From NCBI GenBank assembly GCA_945863035.1, contig CAMAZH010000002.1:8140-72139 (forward strand): a DNA stretch of 64,000 nt. Reading direction: 5' to 3'. The notes below the pieces were generated by a model. The model ran no database searches. It saw nothing but the letters and a program-made list of their open reading frames with translations, and was not told the origin of the DNA. Shown in pieces: positions 19,301 through 28,368 of this stretch (its first letter is position 1; every line of letters starts with the position of its first letter). The stretch is from Chitinophaga pinensis (lineage in GTDB: Bacteria; Bacteroidota; Bacteroidia; Bacteroidales; GCA-2748055). Made by a program: the position numbers and the translations under genes.

Positions 19301-20440
19301 ATGCAAAACTTTATCGCTTACATCCCCACCCAGTTGCATTTTGGAAAAGGAGTAATAAAAGGATTACCGGGAGCAAGCCTTCCGTTTGGAAAAAAAGTAC
19401 TTCTCATGTACGGCAAGGGCTCTGCGTTGAAAAATGGCAGTTACGACGATACCCTCCAACAATTGAAAATTGCTGAAATGGAAGTATTCCACTTTGATGG
19501 GATAAAATCCAATCCTGTTGTTGAGGATGTTGACGCGGCTGCCGAACTTGGTATAGCCAAACAAGTTGATATGATCGTTGCTGTTGGAGGAGGAAGCGTG
19601 ATTGATTCGGCGAAAATCACAGCAATCTGCATACATGATCAGGTAAAAGCATGGGATGTTGTAAAGCGCAAGGTAATCCCCACCGGGGCTATTCCGCTTA
19701 TTACAGTGCTCACGTTGGCTGCCACGGGAACTGAGATGAATTCGGTAGCTGTTTTGCAAAACCATAAAACCGATGAAAAACTGGGTTATGGACATATCTC
19801 GATGTACCCTAAACATTCTTTCCTTGATCCGGGCTACACGCTTTCAGTACCGGCCAATTATACCGCATTCGGGGTGGTTGATCTTGTGGCTCACTGCCTG
19901 GAAGCATGGTTCGGCGCAGGTGACGCGAGTTTGTCCGATCGGTTTGTTATTGCAATTATTAAGGAGGCCATGGAATATGGACCCTTGCTCATGAATGATC
20001 TCAACAATTATGATCTGCGCGCACGGATTATGTGGGCCGCCACCAATGCCCTGAATGGACTGACAAGCTACGGCAGGGTTTCCGGTGATTGGGCTGTGCA
20101 TGGCCTCGGGCATGTGCTGTCGTACCTATATGACACTCCTCATGGCGCTTCTTTATCTATTGTATATCCGGCTTGGCTCAGGATAATGAAAGATCGGATT
20201 CCCGCACGTATTTCTCAATTGGGAGAACAATTGTTCAACGAGAACGATCCGGAAAAGACTATTGTAATGCTGGAAGCGTTTTTCAGTGAATTGGGAAGTC
20301 CTGTTCGATTAAGTGAGATTGGCAAAACCGATAATGAGGTTGAGGAGATCGTAAAGATCATGAATCACAACCGGGTAAGTGGCATGAACATGAGGCTGAG
20401 TGAAGACGACAGGCGCCAAATCGTTTTACAAATGGTATAA
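19301..20440 (+). CDS. Iron-containing alcohol dehydrogenase (YqhD/butanol dehydrogenase-like)
   Basis: AVGGGSVIDSAKI signature and His-rich metal site (HCLEAW...HGLGHVLS...HG). Confidence 0.9.
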   Translation: MQNFIAYIPTQLHFGKGVIKGLPGASLPFGKKVLLMYGKGSALKNGSYDDTLQQLKIAEMEVFHFDGIKSNPVVEDVDAAAELGIAKQVDMIVAVGGGSVIDSAKITAICIHDQVKAWDVVKRKVIPTGAIPLITVLTLAATGTEMNSVAVLQNHKTDEKLGYGHISMYPKHSFLDPGYTLSVPANYTAFGVVDLVAHCLEAWFGAGDASLSDRFVIAIIKEAMEYGPLLMNDLNNYDLRARIMWAATNALNGLTSYGRVSGDWAVHGLGHVLSYLYDTPHGASLSIVYPAWLRIMKDRIPARISQLGEQLFNENDPEKTIVMLEAFFSELGSPVRLSEIGKTDNEVEEIVKIMNHNRVSGMNMRLSEDDRRQIVLQMV

Positions 20441-20448
20441 AACAAAGA

Positions 20449-20475
20449 ATGCGCTGTCACAGCGCATCCTTTTTC
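20449..20475 (+). terminator. Intrinsic terminator after the alcohol dehydrogenase gene
   Basis: ATGCGCTG (20449-20456), loop TCA, CAGCGCAT (20460-20467), then CCTTTTTCC. Confidence 0.7.
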
Positions 20476-20482
20476 CTCAAAT

Positions 20483-20523
20483 TACTAACTAAAACTACCA
20501 ACTAAACTACTAACTAAAACTAC
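20483..20523 (+). repeat. 16-nt direct repeat TACTAACTAAAACTAC (two copies) in a G-free tract
   Basis: Exact copies at 20483-20498 and 20508-20523 (25-nt period). They sit in a ~60-nt stretch with no G on the + strand. Confidence 0.8.
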
Positions 20524-20914
20524 TTATTATTTATTGTGTCTTGAAGCAATTATTTTTTCTTGCTCAATATCTTGTGTCAATAATTATGATGCAAAACTAA
20601 TACTTTTTTTTCAAAATCTAACACTTAGTGTATTAAAAAATTGTTAAGAAATCTTAAAATATATTATTCCGTCCAAAAAAACCGAGACAAATATAGGGGT
20701 CAATTTTGTCACAGCCAAAAACAAATCACAGTTTACAACAAATAACAGGGGGGTCATTACTCTCATATACACAATAATAAAACCACCCCCATGTTTTATC
20801 TATAAAACAGCAAGCCTTTTTGCATTTATTGGGAGTCAATGATAGAAAATGATAAATGTTATAAAAAACATTTATCCTATTTGACTTTTTACCCTATTTA
20901 GCCATAATAATATG

Positions 20915-20922
20915 TATTTTTG
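20915..20922 (+). promoter_or_regulatory. Bacteroidota -7 promoter element (TAnnTTTG) for the C69 peptidase gene
   Basis: TATTTTTG at 20915-20922. It overlaps the TTG start proposed by the ORF track (20920), which argues for a downstream ATG start. Confidence 0.45.
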
Positions 20923-20964
20923 AAAACTAACTTAATAGATTATTGTATGATTCTTACGAACAGG

Positions 20965-22680
20965 ATGAAAGTGGCAGCAATAATAACTGCCTTGATATTA
21001 TTTCCCTTCAATTCTTATTCATGCACCAACTTTATAGTAACCAAAGGGGCATCATCGAATGGTTCCACCATGATTACCTATTCAGCTGATTCGCATGTTT
21101 TATATGGGGAACTGTATTTTTGGCCTTCTCAGGATTTTCCTGAAGGAAGTATGCTGGATATATATGAGTGGGACTCAGGCAGGTTTATGGGTAAAATCAA
21201 ACAAGTTCCCCACACCTATTCGGTAGTTGGAAACATGAACGAGCATCAGCTTGCTATAGGAGAGACTACTTTTACCGGTATAGAAAGCCTCATCGACACC
21301 TCCGGAATTATGGATTACGGCAGTCTGATATACACAACCCTGCAAAGGGCCAAAACAGCGAGGGAAGCAATTAAAGTTATTTCCGATCTGGTTACCGAAT
21401 ACGGATATGGAAGTTCCGGCGAATCATTCTCCATCGCAGACGGAAACGAAGCATGGATATTTGAAATTATCGGAAAAGGTTCCGCAAACAAGGGCGCTGT
21501 TTGGGTTGCGCGCAGAATACCTGATGGATATGTATCAGGACATGCAAACCAGGCGAGAATCCAGACCTTTCCTTTGGCAACAGGGAAAAAGAACAGCATT
21601 GCAATCACATCAAAAGATTTGAAGCGCTTAAACGACCCTTTGGTTGAATGCATTTATGCATGGGATGTAATTGAGGTTGCCCGTAGTAATGGCTTTTTCA
21701 GCGGAAAAGACGAAGAGTTCAGCTTTTCTGATACCTATGCGCCCATCACATTTGGGGGAGCAAGATTTTGTGACATCCGTGTATGGTCCTTTTTCAAGTC
21801 GGTAAATGACGACATGCAGCAGTATTTTGAATATGTTTCGGGTCACGACCTGAGCAACCGTATGCCATTATGGATAAAGCCAAACAGAAAGCTCAGTAAT
21901 TACGACCTGATGAATTTTATGCGCGATCATCTGGAAGGCACTCCTTTGGATATGAGAACGGATGTCGGTGCCGGATCTTTTGGGCTGCCCTATCGCTGGC
22001 GTCCACTCACCTGGAGTGTTTCAGGGGATAAGAAGGCTCACGAGTATTGCAACGAAAGAGCCACCGCCACGCAGCAGACCGGGTTTTCATTTATTGCTGA
22101 ATCGCGCAGTTGGCTTCCTGATGTTGTTGGCGGCATTTTCTGGTTTGGGGTTGACGACGCCGCTACTTCGGTATACTCCCCAATCTATACAAGCATAACC
22201 AAGGTCCCCGAATGCTTCAAGGTAGGTAACGGTGATATGCTCACCTATTCGCCAACATCTGCATTTTGGCTCTTCAACCTTGTTTCGAATCTTTGCTACC
22301 TAAGATACGATCTAATGAGCGAGGATGCACTGAAAGTTCAAAAGGAACTGGAAAACACATATATTTCCAATACTGCAGCAACAGATGCTGAAGCGCTTGC
22401 ACTTCTTGCCAAAGACGAAAAACAGGCCAGGGAATTCCTAACCGCTTACTCCGGAAAGGCTTCACAAAACACTTTTGATAAATGGAAAAGCTTAAGTGAG
22501 TACTTACTCGTTAAGTACATCGATGGGAACATAAAAAAAGAAGTGAGTGGGGGATTTGAGAGAAACTCGTGGGGAATAACCGTTAATCCTGCTCAGCCCG
22601 GATATTCGGACAACTGGAAGAAAAATGTGATTGAGGATACCGGCGACAAATTATTAGTTCCTGCAGGCGGCGGCCATTAG
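20965..22680 (+). CDS. C69 family dipeptidase (secreted)
   Basis: Signal peptide MKVAAIITALILFPFNSYS is followed by the N-terminal nucleophile Cys (C-TNFIVTKGAS), as in the C69/PepD family. Start alternatives are 20947 and 20965. Confidence 0.85.
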   Translation: MKVAAIITALILFPFNSYSCTNFIVTKGASSNGSTMITYSADSHVLYGELYFWPSQDFPEGSMLDIYEWDSGRFMGKIKQVPHTYSVVGNMNEHQLAIGETTFTGIESLIDTSGIMDYGSLIYTTLQRAKTAREAIKVISDLVTEYGYGSSGESFSIADGNEAWIFEIIGKGSANKGAVWVARRIPDGYVSGHANQARIQTFPLATGKKNSIAITSKDLKRLNDPLVECIYAWDVIEVARSNGFFSGKDEEFSFSDTYAPITFGGARFCDIRVWSFFKSVNDDMQQYFEYVSGHDLSNRMPLWIKPNRKLSNYDLMNFMRDHLEGTPLDMRTDVGAGSFGLPYRWRPLTWSVSGDKKAHEYCNERATATQQTGFSFIAESRSWLPDVVGGIFWFGVDDAATSVYSPIYTSITKVPECFKVGNGDMLTYSPTSAFWLFNLVSNLCYLRYDLMSEDALKVQKELENTYISNTAATDAEALALLAKDEKQAREFLTAYSGKASQNTFDKWKSLSEYLLVKYIDGNIKKEVSGGFERNSWGITVNPAQPGYSDNWKKNVIEDTGDKLLVPAGGGH

Positions 22681-22766
22681 GCCCGGCTTTTTTGTCGAAC
22701 CAAAATAATAATCCTGTTTTTTATCGGTTATATGAAATATGTAGCCTATTAAATTTTCATGTCAAG

Positions 22767-23996
22767 ATGAATAATAAGAAATATCTGGTAGCGTTTGTTG
22801 CGGTGGCAGTAACAATTTCCGTAATTGTACTGCTCACAAAATACAAACATGTTTTTTTTCCCAATGCCTATAATTCCGTGAGCAAATATGAAACCGGGAT
22901 GGTGGATAGTGGGCGCGTTATTTCGGGGATTGCCGCTTCCGGGGTAGTTGAACCCGAGAGCGAGGTATTGCTGCTGAGCCCCGGGAACAGCATCATTAAA
23001 AAGATCAACAAGGTCGTTGGGACCCATGTGAATACGGGAGATGTGATTTTGAGGTTGGATCCCACAGAAGTGGAGAATCAGATCGAGATAATCGAGGACC
23101 AGTTGGAGGTAAAGCGCAACAACCTCGAGAAAAACCGACTGGCAGCCAGAGGCATCCGTGTGGATTTGGATTACAACGTGGAGATGAAAAAGCTGCAGAT
23201 CGCATCCCTTAAGGCAGAACTTGAGGATCAGGAGCAGCTTCTTGAGGTTGGAGGAATCTCCCCCGCTGCATTCGAAAAGACGAAACAACAGAAAGTCATT
23301 GCCGATAAGGAAATGCAAATGACCCTTGAGAAAAACTCCATCCGGTTGAAACAGTTGCAGGCTGAGGAAAACGGGTTGCTGCTCGAAATTAAAATGCAAG
23401 AGAGAGAACTTGAGAACGCCAGGGAATTGCTTGATAAAATGAACCTGAAAGCGCCCTCGTCGGGCATCATTTTGAGTGTTTTCGGCAAAGAGGGAGAAAA
23501 AGTCAGCCAATCGCAAACGCTTGTAAGAATGTCGAACCTTTCCAAGTACAAAATTACCGCCGTAATTGATCAGAAAGATGCCGATATCCTTAAAACCGGA
23601 GGAATGGCTTTTGCTCAGGTGGATCAAGTGCATGTGCCCGGGCAAATCGGAAATATCAAACCTATTGTTGAAAACAATAAGATCGAGTTCAATATTCATA
23701 TGGATTATTCGAGTCAGGAGTATTTCAAGCCAAACCAAAATGTGGAACTACTAATCGTGGTCGGGATAAAAGACAGTGTTCTGCGTGTGAAGAACGGTCC
23801 CGGCATAAATCAGGATAAACTTCAGCACTTGTTTCGTATACAGTCATCGAAAGCACTCCGGACTGAAGTTGAGATAGGCCTGTACGGTAAAGATTATGTG
23901 GAAATCAAATCGGGATTAAAACCCGGTGACCAGATTATTATATCCGACATGTCAACCTTCCGGCATAAGGAAGCTGTTGAACTGAATGAGGAATAA
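22767..23996 (+). CDS. HlyD-family periplasmic adaptor (membrane fusion protein)
   Basis: N-terminal TM anchor (MNNKKYLVAFVAVAVTISVIVLL), lipoyl-like segments flanking a long coiled-coil hairpin, and a C-terminal beta-barrel. The start is set at the ATG 22767. Confidence 0.85.
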   Translation: MNNKKYLVAFVAVAVTISVIVLLTKYKHVFFPNAYNSVSKYETGMVDSGRVISGIAASGVVEPESEVLLLSPGNSIIKKINKVVGTHVNTGDVILRLDPTEVENQIEIIEDQLEVKRNNLEKNRLAARGIRVDLDYNVEMKKLQIASLKAELEDQEQLLEVGGISPAAFEKTKQQKVIADKEMQMTLEKNSIRLKQLQAEENGLLLEIKMQERELENARELLDKMNLKAPSSGIILSVFGKEGEKVSQSQTLVRMSNLSKYKITAVIDQKDADILKTGGMAFAQVDQVHVPGQIGNIKPIVENNKIEFNIHMDYSSQEYFKPNQNVELLIVVGIKDSVLRVKNGPGINQDKLQHLFRIQSSKALRTEVEIGLYGKDYVEIKSGLKPGDQIIISDMSTFRHKEAVELNEE

Positions 23997-24098
23997 GCCC
24001 AGCTCAACGACTCCGTCCTGCTGAATGTTTGATTTTCAGGAAGCGTGAATCGTCCCTAAATAAAAGACAAAATATCAGAAATTAAATTAACGCTAATA

Positions 24099-25598
24099 AT
24101 GCAAAAATCACAGATCATTGTCCTCAGGCTTGCATTTTTAACGGTATTGATTACCCAGGCTGTTAGCGGACAGGAGAGCCTAAAAACCATGTCCCTGAAT
24201 TTGCAGAACGCAGTTGACCTGGCTATACACCAGTCCTCCTCTGTGATGTACACTCAAAACAGGAACGTCAATTACTACTGGAGGTATAAGAATTATCTGG
24301 CAATGTACAGGCCACAGCTCAACCTTAACGGCGAATTCCCCAACTACACGCAATCGGCCACCCCGGTTACACAGCCAGACGGCAGTGTTGAGTTCAAGCA
24401 GGTATATAATATGCTTGGATCCGCAAGATTGTCGCTTAACCAGTCCATTCCACAGTTGGGGACCTACGTTTATGCGGCAACCTCTATTTACAGGGCGCAG
24501 GATTTCAAACAAGACAAAATTGATTTTTCGGGCAGTCCTTTTAATATTGGCTTTGTTCAACCTTTGCTGGCGTATAATTCCATGAAGTGGAGAAAACTCA
24601 CCGAACCGATGGTTTATGAGGAAGCTCAAAAGGAATTTATCGAGTCGATCGAAAGAATATGCCAAAACACCACAGTGCGGTTTTTCCGCTACCTCCGTGC
24701 TCAAACCGATAGCAAACTAGCTGAGAGCAACCTGAAAAACAGTGAAAACAACCTAAAGATTGCGGAGTCGAAAAGGGAGCTCGGAAAAATATCGGAAAAC
24801 GATTTCAGCCGCATCAAACTTTCTGTGTATAATGCACAGAAAGCCCAGAACAAGGCTCAAATGGACTTGAAAAATGCAGACTTTGAATTAAAATCGTATA
24901 TAGGACTTGACCAGGATCAGGAGATTGAATTGGTAATCCCTCTAAACATCTCATTCTTTGAAATTGACCCGGACCTGGCAGTGAAGGAAGCCAAGGAAAA
25001 CCGCAAGGAGACGCCCCAGTTCGAACGCCGTCTTATTGAAGCAGAAGAGGCTTTGGTACAAGCAAAGCGCAGCAGCGGGGTTAGTGCCACTCTCATGGGA
25101 AGCTACGGGATATCGAACAGTTCCGATGAGTTTTTGCTGGTTTACGACAACCCTGAGAGGCAGCGCTTGCTGAGCCTTACCGTTAGCGTGCCCATCATGG
25201 ATTGGGGAAGGGCGGCATCAAGGATCAAACTTGCCGAATCGAGAAGTGATCTTGTGAACTTCGATGTTGAAAAGGAAAAAATCGATTTCGAACGCGAGGT
25301 TATTGTTCAGGTCGAGCAGTTCAACCTTCTGATTGATTGGATAAGTACCGCCGAAGAAGCCGATAAGGTGGCTGAAAATGGTTACCAGATTGCCCTTAAG
25401 AAATTCCAGAACGGGGAGATAAGCATTACAGACCTGAATATCTCACTGCAGGAAAGAGAATCGGCAAAACGCGATTACATTGCCTCTCTGCAATCCTACT
25501 GGGTCGCCTTTTACAACCTCCGAATCCTCACACTATACGATTTTCAGAGAGACGAAAAGATATGGTACTACAATCCTATGTTAAATGAGCAAAAGTAG
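24099..25598 (+). CDS. TolC-family outer-membrane efflux protein
   Basis: Signal peptide and two OEP-type repeats with long helical segments. It directly follows the adaptor gene. Confidence 0.85.
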   Translation: MQKSQIIVLRLAFLTVLITQAVSGQESLKTMSLNLQNAVDLAIHQSSSVMYTQNRNVNYYWRYKNYLAMYRPQLNLNGEFPNYTQSATPVTQPDGSVEFKQVYNMLGSARLSLNQSIPQLGTYVYAATSIYRAQDFKQDKIDFSGSPFNIGFVQPLLAYNSMKWRKLTEPMVYEEAQKEFIESIERICQNTTVRFFRYLRAQTDSKLAESNLKNSENNLKIAESKRELGKISENDFSRIKLSVYNAQKAQNKAQMDLKNADFELKSYIGLDQDQEIELVIPLNISFFEIDPDLAVKEAKENRKETPQFERRLIEAEEALVQAKRSSGVSATLMGSYGISNSSDEFLLVYDNPERQRLLSLTVSVPIMDWGRAASRIKLAESRSDLVNFDVEKEKIDFEREVIVQVEQFNLLIDWISTAEEADKVAENGYQIALKKFQNGEISITDLNISLQERESAKRDYIASLQSYWVAFYNLRILTLYDFQRDEKIWYYNPMLNEQK

Positions 25599-25760
25599 AG
25601 CAAACTGCACCATAAATGAGCCGTCCCGACTTAAAAAATTAAAAAAGCACGATCCCCTGTATTTTCAGCAAGTCTAAAGCAAAAAAAACAGGGATTCACC
25701 ATCAGAAACATATACTATAAAATAAATTGAAGTTCTGTTGCGGGTTCTGAAAAATTATTG

Positions 25761-25768
25761 TAAGTTTG
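25761..25768 (+). promoter_or_regulatory. Bacteroidota -7 promoter element (TAnnTTTG) upstream of rplS
   Basis: TAAGTTTG at 25761-25768, 42 nt upstream of the rplS ATG. Confidence 0.5.
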
Positions 25769-25810
25769 CGGCCTGTAAAATATAAGCATATAATTAAATA
25801 ATCTACCAGG

Positions 25811-26158
25811 ATGGACTTAATGAAAGTTGTTGAAAAAGAATTCACCCCGGAAATAAACGTTCCAGAGTTCAATAGCGGTGATACTATTACCGTTCATTAT
25901 AAAATTAAAGAGGGAAACAAAGAAAGGATACAGCAGTTCAGAGGAACCGTGATTCAAAAGAAAGGCGAAGGAGCAACACGTACTTTTACCGTCAGAAAAA
26001 TGTCGGGTGCAGTAGGCGTTGAAAGAATTTTCCCTGTAACCTCCCCATTCATTGATAAAATCGAGGTCAACAAACACGGTCGTGTTCGCAGAGCCAAGAT
26101 TTTCTACCTTCGCAAACTCACTGGTAAAAAAGCCAGGATTCAGGAAAAAAGATACTAA
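25811..26158 (+). CDS. rplS: 50S ribosomal protein L19
   Basis: 115 aa with [26 protein letters not shown]...TFTVRK...GVERIFP, the L19 signature. Confidence 0.95.
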   Translation: MDLMKVVEKEFTPEINVPEFNSGDTITVHYKIKEGNKERIQQFRGTVIQKKGEGATRTFTVRKMSGAVGVERIFPVTSPFIDKIEVNKHGRVRRAKIFYLRKLTGKKARIQEKRY

Positions 26159-26176
26159 TAGTCTATATCATACACT

Positions 26177-26210
26177 AAAAAAGCTGTTCCCAAAAGAACA
26201 GCTTTTTTTT
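26177..26210 (+). terminator. Intrinsic terminator after rplS
   Basis: AGCTGTTC (26182-26189), loop CCAAAA, GAACAGCT (26196-26203), flanked by an A-run and followed by T8. Confidence 0.8.
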
Positions 26211-26604
26211 GTCCCTAAGGGGAAAGAATAAGATATTTGGAAGTTTTTTCTACAGTTATGGCTTGCAAGCATATCCTCACATTTTAATCCTTTTCAAAAA
26301 ACAAATTATACTTCCGGGATATTTTTTTGGCCGAACGAAATTATCAGGCACAGACTTTATCCTGTTTATCTTCAAAAATAGTTTTGTATCGTTGTATTAA
26401 TCTGCCATTTACATTATCCCTTATCCGAATCCGGCACATTTTTCATTAGACTTTATTTAAAATGAAACTGAATTAGCTCAGAAAGCAATCCTTGGTATGG
26501 TTATTGAAAAAAAAATAATAATATTTGGAGTGTAAACTGTTTAATAATTGATAAAAGCTGATCTGCTTTTCTACGGCTGAATTAATAACTTAATAAATAC
26601 GAAT

Positions 26605-27138
26605 ATGAGCAAGATGTTAAAAAGTATTGTAATTGTATTAGCTCTTTCTTTAATGGGAGGAAGTACGCTACTCGCACAGCAATTTAAATATATTGGCGCG
26701 GAAAAATGCAAAATGTGCCATAACAAACCGGCTAGCGGTGACCAGTATAAACAGTGGGCAGGATCTTTGCACGCACAGGCCATGAAATCCTTAAACAGTC
26801 CCGAATCGTGGGCTTATGCCAAGAAAAACAATATTGCTGATCCTACTAAGGAACCCAAATGCCTAAAATGCCATTCAACCGCTGCGAGTGTTCCTGCAAA
26901 CCTGATCGCCACCATTACAGTTGCTGAAGGTGTTTCGTGCGAATCATGCCATGGACCCGGTAGCATGTACAAAAGCCCTGCGATTATGAAAAATCAGGCT
27001 CTTAGTATTAAGAACGGATTGATTATTCCTAATCAGGCTACATGCGAAAAATGTCACAATAAGGAGAACCCATTTTACAAGCCATTTAACTTTGCAACCG
27101 AATATCCAAAAGTATCCCATCCCAACCCAACACTATAG
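26605..27138 (+). CDS. Secreted tetrahaem c-type cytochrome (cytochrome c554-like multihaem family)
   Basis: Signal peptide plus four CxxCH motifs (CKMCH, CLKCH, CESCH, CEKCH) in 177 aa. Confidence 0.85.
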   Translation: MSKMLKSIVIVLALSLMGGSTLLAQQFKYIGAEKCKMCHNKPASGDQYKQWAGSLHAQAMKSLNSPESWAYAKKNNIADPTKEPKCLKCHSTAASVPANLIATITVAEGVSCESCHGPGSMYKSPAIMKNQALSIKNGLIIPNQATCEKCHNKENPFYKPFNFATEYPKVSHPNPTL

Positions 27139-27171
27139 TCTGTAAAGGCTGATTGTCAGGATTGAATTTAT

Positions 27172-27209
27172 AACTCCTTTATTGCGAATGCAATAAAGGA
27201 GTTTTTTTT
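27172..27209 (+). terminator. Intrinsic terminator after the tetrahaem cytochrome gene
   Basis: 14-bp stem AACTCCTTTATTGC (27172-27185) / GCAATAAAGGAGTT (27190-27203), 4-nt loop, T-run. Confidence 0.85.
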
Positions 27210-27420
27210 AAGGGCTACTGAAACCTTAGTACAGGATTCTTAAACTTATTAGTGAATTGAAATATGGTCAGTTTTTGTCGCCCTCGCTTTTACCCTGACA
27301 GCAAAATTTAAGTCAGTCCGATTGGACATTCATGAAAAGTCTCCAAAAATTCCGGATTTGCTCAACTATTTATATGTATTTTTGTTAAATCAATTTGAAA
27401 CCAAATAAACCCAAAATAAA

Positions 27421-28122
27421 ATGAAGTCAATATTGTCGGTTATCGTAATATTCCTCGTTCTGAGCGCGTGCCAGTCGAACCAGAGCTCCAAACCCATGAG
27501 CCAAACAGAATCATCCACACATGAGGTTGTTATTAAGGAAGTAATACAGGTTAGCGGATACACCTATCTTTTTGTTCAGGAGAACAGAATGGAACGTTGG
27601 CTTGCAACCCCTCCAATTCAGGCCAAGGTAGGAGAAACCTATTATTATGAGGGTGGATTTGAAATGGTGAATTTTAAAAGCAAGGAGTTGGACAGGACGT
27701 TCGAAAGCATAATTTTCCTTGAAGGAATAAGCACTTCCCCAACTCTGGCTGAAGAAAACGAAACCTTGGTATCGCCGGGGGCAACGGTAATTAAAGATGG
27801 CAAAAAAGAAATACAAATCACTCCTGCTGAAGGATGCATTACCATAGCCGAGCTGTTTTCCAACAAGGAATCCTATAAGGGGAAATCAGTGAAAATTAAG
27901 GCTGAAGTAACCAAGTTCTCCCCTGAGATTATGGAAACCAACTGGATTCACCTTCAGGACGGCACGGATTTCGAAGGCGATTTTGATCTGACGGTTACCT
28001 CCCCCGAAACTGTAGCTGTAGGTGATGTTGTGATTTTTGAAGGGAAAATCACTCTAGACAAAGACCTCGGTTTTGGATATTTCTTCCCTGTCCTTATGGA
28101 AAACGCCAGCCTGGTAAAGTAA
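27421..28122 (+). CDS. Lipoprotein of unknown function
   Basis: Lipobox (VLSAC at the signal end). Two beta-rich halves end similarly (...DRTFESIIFLEG / ...GFGYFFPVLMENA). I see no catalytic motif. Confidence 0.6.
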   Translation: MKSILSVIVIFLVLSACQSNQSSKPMSQTESSTHEVVIKEVIQVSGYTYLFVQENRMERWLATPPIQAKVGETYYYEGGFEMVNFKSKELDRTFESIIFLEGISTSPTLAEENETLVSPGATVIKDGKKEIQITPAEGCITIAELFSNKESYKGKSVKIKAEVTKFSPEIMETNWIHLQDGTDFEGDFDLTVTSPETVAVGDVVIFEGKITLDKDLGFGYFFPVLMENASLVK

Positions 28123-28141
28123 AAAGCATTCTTATTTCAGT

Positions 28142-28183
28142 AAAAGGCAACAAGGCACAGGAGGGCTTGTTGCCTTTTGCTTT
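28142..28183 (+). terminator. Intrinsic terminator after the lipoprotein gene
   Basis: AAGGCAACAAG (28144-28154) / CTTGTTGCCTT (28166-28176), followed by TTTTGCTTT. Confidence 0.75.
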
Positions 28184-28368
28184 ATATTCACATCCTATTT
28201 GCTTTCCTGCTTTTATCAGTTCCAATTCAGCAAGCTTACTTTATTTTGAATATAAATAGGCTTTTAATTTGGGGATAAATGGTGAAATGCGTTTGAAAAC
28301 TCATTTATTTGGAGTAAAATTCCATAATATTTCAAATGATTCAGCCCTAACCATTTATACTTATCAAC

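Noticed and set aside
20441-20919. 479-bp non-coding region checked for an RNA gene, CRISPR array or mobile-element remnant
   Set aside because: It contains only a terminator hairpin, one 16-nt direct repeat pair and a weak G5/C5 hairpin. There is no tRNA-like cloverleaf, no regular repeat-spacer array and no inverted terminal repeats.
20920-20964. TTG start at 20920 for the C69 peptidase
   Set aside because: It overlaps the TATTTTTG -7 promoter element (20915-20922). ATGs at 20947 and 20965 give a normal signal peptide ahead of the nucleophile Cys.
22749-23738. 329-aa ORF on the minus strand
   Set aside because: It lies entirely antisense to the HlyD adaptor gene. Its Leu/Phe/Gln-rich low-complexity sequence mirrors the coiled-coil codons, and it has no promoter or independent motif.
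26211-26604. ~400-bp AT-rich spacer upstream of the tetrahaem cytochrome gene, including the 63-aa ORF at 26209-26400
   Set aside because: The ORF begins inside the rplS terminator and is Phe/Ile/Lys-rich, as expected from the AT composition. I could not find a convincing secondary structure or motif.
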